A DNA stretch of 64,000 bases from Octopus sinensis (lineage: Eukaryota). Below, piece by piece: positions 25,774 to 39,581 of this stretch (within the stretch, counting starts at the first letter, position 1; every line of letters starts with the position of its first letter). The stretch spans positions 103,230,001 through 103,294,000 of the forward strand of contig NC_043006.1 of the NCBI RefSeq assembly GCF_006345805.1, read 5' to 3'. A model generated the notes under the pieces. The model was given only the letters and a program-made list of their open reading frames with translations, made no database searches and was not told the DNA's origin. The position numbers and the translations under genes are program-made.

Positions 25774-26089
25774 CTACATGCAATCATACATACATATGTA
25801 TATACATACAGAAAATTCTACATGTAAATATATATAACTTTATACATACGCTTTCATATATTTATGAACATACACACATCCATCTATTCAATCATGCAAT
25901 CATCCATGCATCCAACCATCTCTTTCTCCCTTTCCGTCTCTCTCTCCTTCTGTCTCTTTCCGTCTCTCTCCTCTCTATTTCTTCTGTCTGTCTGTCTCTC
26001 CTCTCTCCCTCCCTGGGGTATTAAGCATAATCAAAGAATATTTGTACAATAAGCGAAAAATAGCAAGAGAAAAAAAATGAATAGACGGA

Positions 26090-26519
26090 TCTTTTCGGTT
26101 TCAACGGCAGTTTTTTTCTAGCGGTGTCATATGAAATTGTCACCCATAATTATGACCCTAGTATCGATCTATTGCATTTCAATCTGTTTTAGGTTTAGGG
26201 TTAGTTAGGGTTAGGGGTGGGGAGAAGGGTACCTTTTTTTTCTTCACAGATGTAAATAAACCCAATCTATTTCTTAAACGAGGGACATATTCATACGGCA
26301 CAGAATATTTGTTTTTTTTTACCTCATTAGACGTCAGTGATTGTTTGAAATTGCAGAAATTGAAGAAAAAAAACAACAAATATCTTACAAACTATAGAAT
26401 GTTCTCAATAAAGTCAAGAGAAAAAGTTGTTTTATAAACACATTCTACCAGTATACGAAGATTAAAAATGTTTAGTTACGTGGAAATTATGTTAAAAACT
26501 ACCGTTCAAACCGAATAGA
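26090..26519. mobile_element. MITE-like element with ~30-bp imperfect TIRs and internal TTAGGG-like repeats
   Basis: tcttttcggtttcaacggcagttttt ... aaaaactaccgttcaaaccgaataga; ttaggtttagggttagttagggttagggg at 26189-26216. Confidence 0.7.
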
Positions 26520-26924
26520 CGAAGCAAACGGAAAATTCCTTTCATTACATTTCTGCACGAGAGTAATGTACGTAATGTACACGAAAATTTATGCATTTAA
26601 GTATTTACGTCCCCGATAGAGAACAGGCGAACATTGCCCTTTGTCACTAACATATACGAAGTCATAGAACACGGTTGACAGTTTTGCACAAAATCCTCGC
26701 TGTGGAAATATCAGAGATTACAAAATCATTTGTTTATAAAATCATCCTTCAATGGTTGCATTGCATATGTGTGTATACATGTATGTATGTATGCATGCAT
26801 GTATGTGTGTATATATGTATGTATGTGAGTATGTATGCATGTCTGTATATATGTATGTTTGTATGTATGCTTGTATGTATGTATGTGTGTATGCATATGT
26901 CCGTATGTGTGTATGCATATGTCA

Positions 26925-27370
26925 GGTCACTTTCGAGTGCTACTGGTATCATGTAACCCAGTACAACCTGTTGCATGGTCGGCTCGTCGGCGACTAAACC
27001 GGCAACCCCACCAAGCTTGCTTGGTGAGGAGGGTGTTTATTGGACACCCTGAGAAACAAAATCCGTCAAAGGGTGGAGGAACTCTTGAGAGTCAACGGCC
27101 ATCCAATAAATGTCTTAAGGCTGTATCATGTGCGGGGACATAGAAATAATCGGACTGAAAACCCGATCGCGTGGTTAAACCATTGGGAGTGAAGGACTCC
27201 TAGCCTTTGTTAGGACATCCTTCTAGGAGAAGGTAACTGAGGTAACTGGGATAACTCCGATATAAAACCTGTGGCTCAGTGGTTACCGATGATGTTGACT
27301 TCTTTTCGTATAATGACTGCTGTTGCTTAATGAGTGGGATTGACTCAGTGCACAGCCTTTCCTCACTTAA
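26925..27370 (+). mobile_element. Probable 5' UTR of an RTE-clade LINE
   Basis: Structured GC-richer block with a ...ctaggagaaggtaact...gatataaaacc motif resembling RTE 5' UTRs; lies upstream of the RTE coding remnant on the same strand. Confidence 0.45.
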
Positions 27371-27759
27371 AAAAAATCTTCTGGCACAGGCATTGCATGA
27401 TAACAATATTGATTAAGCTTCGTGCAATGGCCATACTCGATAACGAGGGGGCAGCCACCATGTATGCATGCATATATGTGTGTATATATGTATGTATGTT
27501 GGCACGTATGCATGTCTGAGTGTATGTTTGTATGTATGCTTGTATGTATGTGTGTATGCATGTATGTATTTATGTATGTGTGTATGTATATATGTATGTT
27601 TGCATGTATGTACGTGTGTATGTGTGTATATATGCATGCATGCGTCTATACATGTAAGCAAAGGAGCGGTGTCAGCACACACGCACGGCATACAGTAACT
27701 TTTGTTCTCTCGTCATGTTAAGTTGGGACCAAGCATGAAACTCAAGAACTCAGAAGGAA

Positions 27760-29110
27760 CCAAATGCCCCACGAAGCCTTAAAGATATTTCATCATCCAA
27801 GTATCAAGAAGGCTGACTGCTCTGACCAGATAGAGACTTGTCTACCACTTTCAATATTTTCCCTTCAACTCGTATAGTTTCTCGTGTCTCCAGGTGCAGG
27901 CAGGAATATTAGATCAACTTTGTCCAGGCTATTGCTTAGACCGAATTTAGGATTTCTTGAAAGCTTCCCTCAAAAATGTATGAAACACATTCTGAGTGTT
28001 GGCTGATCCTTGCGAACTTCAGATACAGAGGTGTCGAGGCTAGCAGATGTCCTGAGCATTGGGGCGAAGTTGCACAAGTAAAGTTTGTTCATATGAATAA
28101 TCGAAAGATCTCAAGAACAGATACTACAAAACATACTTGTGGACATCGGTGGTGGTCTTAAAGACTCCGCCGGTTACGACGACGAGGGTCCCAGCTGATA
28201 CGATCAACGGAACAGCTTGCTCGTGAAATTAACGTGCAAATGGATGAGCATTCCACAGACACGTGTACCCTTAACGTAGTTCTCGGGGATAATCAGCGTG
28301 ACACAGAGAGTGACAAGGCTGACCCTTTGAAATACAAGTACAACTCATTTTTGCCAGCTGAGTGGACTGGAGCAACGTGAAATAAAGTGTCTTGCTCAAG
28401 GACACAACGCGTCGCCGGGAATCGAACTCACAACCTTACGATCATGAGCCGAATGCCCTAACCTCGGTGGTGGTGACCCCCTTCGGTCAGACACTGACCA
28501 TGGGTTTGCCCCTAGAGAGTTACCCTCTGAGGCACAAGTCTGGGCAAGGTTATTTTATGGAAGACCAGCAGTCGCCCATGCATACCGGCCTCCCCTCTCC
28601 ACGTCACCAGTGTTATCCAAGGGAAAGACAAAGGCCGATACAGCTTGGCACCTGTGACGTCGCAACTCATTTCTACAGCTGAGTGAACTGGAGCAATGTG
28701 AAATAAAGTGTCTTGTTCAAGAACACAACACGCAGCCCGGTCCGGGATTCGAGCTCACAACCTCACGATCGTAAGCTCGATGCTCTAACCACTGGGCCAC
28801 GCGCCTTCACTGTGGACATCGGTACCAACAGAAATAACTACAGTTTAAGGATTGTGTAAAGTCCTCGTTGGAAGTATAGGAAGTCAACTGAGAAAGAAAT
28901 AATTGCTATTGCCACCAGTGGAGAAAACAAGTGAAGGAGTCGTTATTTTCAAAGAAACATACATGTCTCATGCAGAATTTAGACGAGCTGAATAAAAACG
29001 GATTGATAGCGTAGTGAATGGAAGAAGTTTGACCTGTAATATCTACGGATGTAGTCATCAACGGAGCCACAAGTGTAAAGTATAATTTCGTCTGAGTACA
29101 CAATGGTCTT
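27760..29110 (+). pseudogene. RTE-clade LINE 3' coding remnant, interrupted by SINEs at 28151-28810
   Basis: FLESFPQKCMKHILSVG*SLRTSDTEVSRLADVLSIGAKLHK (thumb region); after the insertion, GHR..QK.QFKDCVKSSL...HAEFRRAE...LTCNIYGC (degenerate terminal zinc finger). Confidence 0.75.
28151..28810 (-). mobile_element. Two nested CORE-like SINEs (tail Y copy ~28158-28462; full tail Z copy ~28463-28810)
   Basis: Outer TSD tgtggacatcggt (28138-28150 and ~28811-28823); inner duplication tcggtggtggt (~28147-28157 and ~28463-28473). Both carry cagctgagtg(a/g)actggagcaa..gaaataaagtgtcttg. Confidence 0.85.
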
Positions 29111-29199
29111 AATGGTTAGTGATGGTGTATTCGGTCATGACTTGAAAGCCATCATATATGCATAGGAGCATGTCGGCATGTATATATATGCATATTTGG

Positions 29200-29222
29200 A
29201 TGTATGTATGTATGTATGTATG

Positions 29223-29256
<34 letters not shown>

Positions 29257-29500
29257 TGTATGTATGCATGTATGTATGTATGTATGTATGTATGTATGTA
29301 TGTATGTATGTATGCATGCATGCATGCATGTATGTATGTATGTATGTATGTATGTATGTATGTATGTATGTATGCATGCATGTATGTATGTATGTATGTA
29401 TGTATGTATGTATGTATGTACGTATGCATGTATGTAAGTATGTATGTGTGTGTGTGTGTATGTATGTATGCATGTATGTATGTACGTGTGTATGTATGTA
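29200..29500. repeat. (TATG)n tetranucleotide microsatellite
   Basis: Near-perfect tatg/catg periodicity. Confidence 0.95.
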
Positions 29501-29623
29501 TGTACCCATATATACTTAGATATATTTATGTATATATATTTGGGCATATACTAATGGGTTTGCGCTAGTGTGAATGCGTGTATATATGTGTATAAATGCA
29601 CAAACACACACGCACACACACAC

Positions 29624-29676
<53 letters not shown>

Positions 29677-30393
29677 CATAAATCTAAATCTCTCTCTATA
29701 TATGCATATAAACACACAAACACATATATATTTAGAGATATGTATATATATTTGTGCATATATATATATATATGTATGCATGCATACTCATATATACACA
29801 CATTCACACAAGCGCAAACCCGTTTATACATGCATAGACACGCATGCATACACACACACACACACACACATACACAAAGGCATTGGTGTAGAAATATATT
29901 TCTTTGTGCATGTAGCAGTTATATTTTATTGACTCGGGCTTATTTTGCTAGAAATAGAGGTTGACACCTCGCACTTATAATGGATTCCTGATAGTCTGGC
30001 ATGAAGCCGCACCGCTCCAATAAAATGGTAGTTAAAGCAAAGAACATAATGAGGAATTAACTGATGCTAGATGCTATTTCCAAGAATACAGAGCAAACAA
30101 ATCGAAACCAGAAAGCACACGCACACAGTATCAGGAACATATTCAGAAGCACAAACGTCGTTTTGACAGACAAAAAATTCGCGAGCACCGGCACACACAC
30201 ACACATACACATACACACAAGAACATCGACAAACATGCAGCCCAACACATATATGTACTTATATGGAAGTGTGTGTGTCTATATGTATGTATGTATGTAT
30301 GCATGTATGTATTTATGTATGTATTTATGTATGTATATATATATATATACATATATATATTTAAAGATAGATATTTGCGTGCATATACATGTA

Positions 30394-30437
<44 letters not shown>

Positions 30438-30731
30438 CATATATAACAGCATATATAATCTATTCCATAACATTAAATGTATTAAAGTTGTGTGGCTTAT
30501 ATGTATGCATATATTAAGAGGGAGGGAGAGAGAGGGAGAACGAAAGAGAGAGAGAGAGAGAGGGAGAAAGACAGAGATAGAGAGAAGGAGAAAGAAAGAG
30601 ATAGAGAGAGAGGGAGAAAGGAAGAAACATAGAGCAAGAGGCTGATAGACGTAAGCAAGATGAGAAATAGAGAGGGGTAAAGAGGGAGAGATACAGGCAG
30701 AGGGAGATATAGAGGGATTACTGCCAAGAAA

Positions 30732-30966
<235 letters not shown>

Positions 30967-31668
30967 GTGTATGTATATCGGCATATGTGTCGCGAGAGAG
31001 CAATTATTACAAACCATGGAACCACCAGGAAATAAATATATATAGCAGAAATCATAAAAAAAGTGCACGCATTCATATACACGCATCCACTTGCGGAAAC
31101 CAAAGAAACACGAACGTACTTAAAATATAAACGCATAGCATATACATACATGCGCATATACACACACACGCATATATATATATATAAATACACACACACA
31201 CACACAGACAGAAGTCTCTTGTTATGCACACATATTTACGTCATCGATATATTTGGTCACCTTGCTCTGTCTGTCAAGTGGAAGCTTGAAAACTCTGCAG
31301 ATGCACAAGCAAGCTGACGATGCAGCACCAAACACAAGCAACAACTAAATGCTGCAATGCACAAAACAGGCTGCATATTTCTCTGTTACCCTAGATGCAT
31401 CGAACAGGAATATATATATCAGGTTTATCTGTTTGCATCTCTGCAATTTGCTGCACTGTATATCTTATTAGAAATGCAGTTTTATACAGCAGCTGTGTAA
31501 AGCCATTTTGTTGTAAATATATCGGCATGCTTATGCATTAAGAATATAAGCACATGAATATGTATATGAAAATATACGAACATCTGAAGATATATGGATG
31601 GATATATATATATATATAAATTTATATACAGACACAGACTTACTTATATATACATATATATACATAAG

Positions 31669-31716
<48 letters not shown>

Positions 31717-31958
31717 AGAAATATGTATGCATATATGTATACATATGTGTGTGTGTGCATGAATATAAGTATGGTCTGTCTATAGCACTTATTCAGCATT
31801 ACTTGACACCTTTGGGTCTCAATGATACCATTATCTCTTTGTATGTAATATAAGTTTTCTGAATCTACATATTTTTTCTATATGCTAAGCCACTGGTTTA
31901 AATTGATATTAATCAAATTAATATCAATTTTTTATCCTTATTATTTATGCACACACTC

Positions 31959-31999
<41 letters not shown>

Positions 32000-32001
32000 C
32001 A

Positions 32002-32032
<31 letters not shown>

Positions 32033-32034
32033 CA

Positions 32035-32067
<33 letters not shown>

Positions 32068-32071
<4 letters not shown>

Positions 32072-33342
32072 GTCATCCCATAAGTTCTCTCCGATTTTAC
32101 CCTTTTTAAAATTAAATGAAATTTAATAGTATTTTAGAACGTTTAATGGCATTAAAATTATTTTTTATGCATTTGTGTACGTTTAAACTAATTAAATATT
32201 ATTTTACAGAATAATAGAATTTAGATTTCTTTCATTAAAACCCTTTCTAAAATGAAAGTATCCAAAGAGCATTTAAGGCACATAATGCTTTATGAGAACA
32301 AAAAAAGGAAACTCTGCAGCCTGAACGACTCGAAACATACACTCAGTTTATGGGAAAGAATGCTTGAATGAAAAAACTTGCAGAAGATGTTTTGCAAAAT
32401 TCAGAAGTGGAGATTTCAGCCTTGAAGATGAAGATCGAACAGGACGTCCAGTTGAGTTTGATGATAAGTTCCTTGAGGCATTACTTGAAGAAAATCCTGC
32501 ATTATCAGTTGAAGAATTGGCAATAAAGCTTAGTTCAAACCATACGACTGTTCATCGTCATCTTCAACAACTTGGAAAGGTTCCTAAACTTGGAAAATGA
32601 GTGCCTCATGAATTGTCCGAAAGCAAACGCAAATTTCGAGTTGACACCTGCTCTTCTCTCCATTCCCGCGAACTCATTTCATCTTTTTTGGACAGACTTG
32701 TAACTGGTGAGGAAAAATGGATCCCCTATCGAAATGTTAAACGTCGTAAACAGTGGCTTGGTAAAAGGGAAAAAAAGTTTAAGCACAACCGAGAAGGGAA
32801 CTTCATGGAGAAAAGGTTCTTCTCTCTATCTGGTGGGATTGCAAAGGAGTAATTCACTTTGAATTGTTACCACCTAATGCAACAATCAATGCGAAAGTCT
32901 ACTGTCCGTAATTAGAGCGTTTGGACCAAACTTTAAAGAAAAAAAGACCCTCTTTAGTGAATCGAAAAGGAGTGATGTTTCATCAGTACAATGCGCGACC
33001 CCATCACTGAAGATCGAAGAGCTTGGTTGGGAAAAAATTCCTCATCCACCTTATTCTCCCGACCTTGCTCCTCCAGACTACCATTTGTTTCATAGTTTAC
33101 AGAATCATTTGGGGGACATAACTTTCGCAAGCCAGGAGGAAGTCGAAACTGACATTTCATAGTTCTTGGCTTTGAAACCAAAAGAGTTTTACATTGATGG
33201 GATTAAAAAGCTTGTAAATAGATGGAGGGAAGTCATAGATAATCAGGGAAAGTACATTGATAATTAAATTTCAATTAAATATAACATTTGATCATTTGTT
33301 TTCTTTATTCAAAATTCGGACGGAACTTATGGGATGACCTGA
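32068..33342 (+). mobile_element. Full-length mariner transposon (1275 bp)
   Basis: 27-bp TIRs tcaggtcatcccataagttc(tc/cg)tccga with 2 mismatches, TA on both sides, inserted at a (TA)n/(CATA)n tract. Confidence 0.97.
32252..33267 (+). pseudogene. Mariner (DD34D) transposase pseudogene
   Basis: MKVSKEHLRHIMLYE...FRSGDFSLEDEDRTGRP...LGK*VPHELSE...RLVTGEEKW...FHQYNARPH...HPPYSPDLAPPDYHLF...WREVIDNQGKYIDN*. Several stops and frameshifts. Confidence 0.93.
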
Positions 33343-33457
33343 TACATACATACATACATACATACATACATACATACATACATACATACATACATACATA
33401 CATACATACATACATACATACATGTATATGTTGTGCATTTTATCTGCAATGCACATG

Positions 33458-34322
33458 CTAAGTTCATATCCCACTCAGATAAAGTTTGTCTCAAATTTCG
33501 TTGGATTAATAACGATAACAACCCAGTATAAAAGGTTGGAGATCCTGTAAGAACGTTGGAAGATATGTCTTCTCGTATTTGTTCCACTCCAGATCTGAGC
33601 ACAATTCTGGATAATACATAATGGGATATGGTTAGTATAACAGATATTTAATAAAGAAATTTATCAATTGTACTATTCGTCTAAAGTATCAAGTTAAACT
33701 TAGTATGTGTGTATGTTTGACTGCTGAGAACTACGTTAAGGGTGCACATGTTTGAGTTGTGCCCAACCAATTGTACGTTAATTTTACGAACAGGTTTTTC
33801 CGTAGATCGGATCAACTGGAATCCTAGTCGTTGTAACCACCGGAGTGCTCGTTATGTATCCTATCCGAAAACGCGTGCGTGACGTTGTCAGTACTATAGT
33901 TATAACAACTTTTTAATAAATTCATTTCTTTTGGTTGGTTTTTACTCTTTCGGAATCAAAAAAAAATATGAAGGTATTTTATCAATAGGCAGATACTAGG
34001 CTTCTATTTCTTGCATGGCTAGCTGCTTTATAAAACTACTCCTCTTATTGTCTTGCCAGAGTAGAAAGCTGTGTGGTTTTATGGCTCTTTTATTGAAGTT
34101 GTTGTTTTTCTTTAATCCCAGGCCAGCTCAATTTCAGCTACTCTATAATCAAAGGTATTGTAACGTTAATCAAAATCTCATTATTTCTTTTCAGGAATAG
34201 CGGCGTATCGTCTGTACTGGCATAACCATCTGACAGGTTAGTTGTCCTGGTGATGTGAATATTTCCTCGAATACCAATGAGAAAGACAGACAACTGCTTC
34301 GAAATCTTCAGCTTCTATATCC

Positions 34323-34371
<49 letters not shown>

Positions 34372-34913
34372 TAATCTTAATTTCCTAATTTCCCCTTCTA
34401 TCAATGTTCACGGAATACCTCAGTACAATACAGAATGAATCAAGAGGCAACTTTCATCTATAAATATCTTCCACAACTCAATATGAACATATAACATAAT
34501 ACAGAACACTACAAGCCTTTCAATTAACACCACTAACTCCCATACATCCCATACACCATTCACATTACAGATCTATATCTACCATAGTTGCACCAAATCC
34601 AGAACTACTTACCTCCCTTACACATAATCTTTTTACTTAGGAACTAGTAGACCTGACACCGTTTGGTAATCGCTGTACATTCAATGCAGTAATCAGTAAT
34701 TTTACGAATCCGGTATGCTTTTGTATCTCTTTAACAATTCACAATAATGACTTTTATTACTTTTATTCCTAACTCAGTTCATCTAATTGTATATATCTAT
34801 CGTTAATTTTCATAAAATTCTCCATCTTTTTTTGATTCCTAATGTGCATCTTCGCTTATTTTTCTTCTTACATTTCCACGTGAAGCTTCTATTTTCTTCT
34901 TGTAACATATTTC

Positions 34914-34944
<31 letters not shown>

Positions 34945-35403
34945 AGAATTGGACCACTTAGTTTTGTTTGTAAATATTTAATTGACAATTGAAAAAGCTG
35001 GGGTATTCAGAAAAAGAGATAACCATCTTACGAACAAATTACAAATACAATCCGTGAGCGGAACAGTAGAAGGACCCAAGACTTTTCTCAAATTCAGAAT
35101 GTGACTTTGTTTGTTATCTACATTCCAGCGATGTAAATCAGATCCTCTCTTAAAACACGAACTTAAATAATTAACCATGGAGGAGGACAAATACGCGCCC
35201 ACACACACATACAAACACATGCTATGTACATACACATATGGGTGTGTATATGTATGTATATATATATACATACATATAAGTACATGTAAACATATATGTA
35301 TATATGTATATATATATACATGTATTTATGTGTACTGTATGGATATATATATATACATACATACATACATACATATATGTGTGTCTACACACATGTATAT
35401 GTA

Positions 35404-35444
<41 letters not shown>

Positions 35445-35881
35445 TGTGTGTGTATTAATCTCCTGCAATTATTTTTATACGCATATATCGTTTACGTGTC
35501 TGCTTTCTGCTTGGAAATAGCGAACGTTTCTATAGCTTCCTTTTGCTGGCAGTCTTTTTTTCCATTTTTTCCTACCATTCTATGTATTGCTTACACATAT
35601 ATGTGGATATCAAAGCAGTCAAACATACACACATACTAAGTTTAACTTGATACTTTAGACGAATAGTACAATTGATAAATTTCTTTATTAAATATCTGTT
35701 ATACTAACCATATCCCATTATGTATTATCCAGAATTGTGCTCCGGTCTGGAGTGGAACAAATACGAGAAGACATCTCTTCCAACGTTCTTACAGGATCTC
35801 CAACCTTTTATACTGGGTTGTTATCGTTATTAATCCAACGAAATTTGAGACAAACTTTATCTGAATGGGATATGAACTTAG
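33458..35881. repeat. 268-bp inverted repeat pair (33458-33725 / 35614-35881) with ~1.9-kb spacer
   Basis: Arms are reverse complements with about 4 mismatches counted by eye; the sequence is not seen elsewhere in the window. Confidence 0.9.
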
Positions 35882-36075
35882 TGAACAGAAGGTTGTAACG
35901 AATACCATGAGGTATTTCATTTGGTACTCTACAAACTCTGTTACTTCGCCATCTTTTCGTTCAATTGAATTCATTCCATGATCCTGTTGATAGTTGTCAT
36001 TAGAACTTCGAAGTTTTCTTTTGTTGTTAATAATAATATCAAATCCCTTGTATAACTGTAGCTAACTTTGACTTA

Positions 36076-36464
36076 GTGGAGGCGCAATGGTCTAGTGTTT
36101 AGGGCAGCGGACTCGCGGTCATAGGATCGCGGTTTCGATTCCTAGACCGGGCGTTGTGAGTGTTTATTGAGCGAAAACACCTAAAAGCTCCACGAGGCTC
36201 CGGCAGGGGATGGTGGTGATCCCTGCTGTACTCTTTCACCACAACTTTCTCTCACTCTTACTTCCTGTTTCTGTTGTACCTGTATTTCAAGGGGCCGGCC
36301 TTGTCACCCTCTGTGTCACGCCGAATATCCCAGAGAACTACGTTAAGGGTGCACGTGTCTGTGGAGTACTCAGCCACTTACACGTTAATTTCACGAGCAG
36401 ACTGTTCCGTTGATTCGGATCAACCGGAACCCTCATCGTCGTAACCGACGGAGTGCTTCCATCC
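36076..36464 (+). mobile_element. tRNA-derived SINE (head 1, tail Y)
   Basis: Same head and body as 11896-12207 but a different tail; TSD aactttgactt (36064-36074 and 36465-36475). Confidence 0.92.
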
Positions 36465-38029
36465 AACTTTGACTTTATCTCCTAAACGACTTCTGTTTGT
36501 TTACTACTCAGCCCAATGATAGCACTAATGAAGCAGATTTAGTTTCTAAAAAAATTAGTGTAGGTCACCCTTGTTTTCTTATATGCTATAGATGCAGGCG
36601 TGGCTGTGCGGTTAAGAAGTTCGCTTTGCAACCACATAGTATCGGTTACGGTCCTACTGCGGAGCAGCTTGGGTGAACCATCTATTATAGTCTCGGAACG
36701 ACCACTGCATTGTGAGTGAATTTGGTAGAGAGAAACAGTGTGGAAGGCTGTTGTATATGCGTGTGCATTACTCTTAATTGTTTAAGTTATTTGACTGCCC
36801 TGGAGCACCACCTTTTAGTCGAACTAATCGACACTACGACTTATTCTTTGTAAACCTAGTACTTATTCTATCGGTTTCTTTTGCCGTATATATACGCACG
36901 TGTATATATATGTGAGAGTCTGTCTGTATCTGTGCTTTAGCATGTGATTATCTCCCAGGAACGCATGATGACCGGTGTTGTTTTCTTTGCAACAGTGTGG
37001 CGAAAGAGACGGATACGATATTTACCAGACTTTAAAATAAGTACCGGTTTCAATTTGTTTGACCAAATCCATTAATGCGTTCCTTAGTCCAATGACTGAA
37101 ATAAGTAAAACACAAAGGAACAAAGATATATCCCAAACTATAGTATCCTTCTTTATTGAAATTTTGGGAAAACTGCGGCAAGTGTTTCTAGCGGTTCACC
37201 TAATCCCGAAGATGTTTCAACGTTGGAGCATAATGGCATAGCATTAGCACCTGTAGTTGACTGTAAAATGCTTCCTGGCTACAATAAGAATTATTCATTG
37301 ATTACATTGATTACAGTAGTATTATAAAATTACTGATAATCCTTTCTGATATAGGTACAAGCCTGGAATTTGTGGGGAGGGGGATAATCGATTATATCGA
37401 TCCAGTACTTGACTGGTACTTAATCTATCGACCCCGACAGGATGAAAGGCAAAGTCGACCCGGCGGACTTTGAACACAGAACGTAGCGACGAACGAAATT
37501 ACGCTAAGAATTTAGCCCGACGTGCTAACGAGAATGCCAACTCGTCACCTTGAAAGCAATATTACTGATAATAAAATGATATTTGTACAAGAGGGGTATT
37601 TCTGGTGATCAGCTGTGGTGGGGTAACTTTCCTGTCTAGATTAAGTTAAGTCGTGATTGGAAGATTGAATTTTAAACCAAAGTGTTAAGAAGAATGTGCA
37701 GACAGTATTTAATGTTTCTGCTTTCTTACACATTATAATGATTTAAAAATTTTTAGTCGTTATGGTTAAAATGAAAAATGAATTCCCTGGAAAGCGGGAA
37801 TAGAAACAGTGCAGTTTAGAAAATTACAAGCAGGCAATAGTAAAACGTACATTGGGAGGAGGTAGACTCCTTTTGAGGGGTCCTCGTAAACAGTAATTCT
37901 TGATTAGTCAGAAATTAGCTTCCCGCTCTCGGAAAACCGCATCTTTATGGAGACAGGAAACAGTATTAGATAAGGAAGTTGATTGTATATAATCGTCTGA
38001 CCGGTTAAAAAAAGCTACCAAATCTCCCT

Positions 38030-38330
38030 TAGATTATTTTCTGCTCTAGGCACAAGGCCCGAAATTGTTGGTTAAGGGGGCCAGTCGATAAGATCGACCC
38101 CAGTACGCAACCGGTACTTAATTTATCGATCCCGAAAGGATGAAAGGCAAAGTCAAGATCGGTGGAATTTGAACTCAGAACGAAAAGACAGGCGAAATAC
38201 TTATTTCTTTACTACCCACAAGTGGCTAAATACAGAGGGGACAAACAAGGACACACAAAGGGATTAAGTCGATCTCAGTGCGTAACTGGTATTTAATTTA
38301 TCGACCCCGAAAGGATGAAATACTGCTGAT
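38030..38330 (-). mobile_element. Tandem SINE bodies (gtcgactttgcctttcatcctttcggggtcgataaa family)
   Basis: Two bodies joined at ...gtagtaaagaaataa|gtatttcgcctg. About a dozen further copies of this family are spread over the window (e.g. 6520-6720, 37340-37550, 55700-55870, 57510-57700). Confidence 0.8.
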
Positions 38331-38569
38331 CGGTTCGCTCAAGTGTCCCTTAAATTCTACCTCACCATCTCTAGAAAAAGAGGGGATAGAATGGTTAATA
38401 CAGTTCCATGTCGGGATAGTCAAACATATAACTGTTTTGATCGGGCGTCTAATTGATTAGATGTGACATGTAGCTAAATGACAACAAAATCAAGAACGAC
38501 AACTGCGACCCGAGCAGGATAGCTGATGAGATCGTAAAACAAATGAATCCATAACCCTGGTTGCTATTG

Positions 38570-39132
<563 letters not shown>

Positions 39133-39581
39133 GTGTTCTTTATTCTGAGCCCTCATCTAACAATACGTGTTTCAGTTAGAACGTCAGGTAAGGTGATATA
39201 TAAATCAATAGGTTTTATTGTATGCAAGCTTTCTTTCTGAACAACATTTATTCAATGTCATCTCCTTAAATGATTATTTTATATATCGAAAACACATCCA
39301 GTAAGCACGCCTCTCTTATACTGAGACATATAAAACAATTTTCACTTCTTACAAACGTCCGGAATTACATATATTCCTTGTGTATCTGTGTCGTAAATAA
39401 CAAACACATACACATACGCGCATATATATACACAAAGACATAGGCATATGTTTAGGTGCGAGTGCTTCGTCTTTTGACTTACGAATGTGTAAACCCTTCC
39501 GCGTTTATAATGACCCCACAATCCTCGATTTCAAGGAACCTGATGCTATTAATATTCTTGTTCAAGGTATGTAGGTCAACG

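Noticed and set aside
26189-26216. Telomere or chromosome-fusion site
   Set aside because: Only about 4 imperfect units, located inside a TIR-bounded element.
38515-38550. CTGATGA motif as another hammerhead (similar hits near 3125, 5635, 16510, 49863, 62340)
   Set aside because: No stem II followed by GAAA and no stem I or III pairing.
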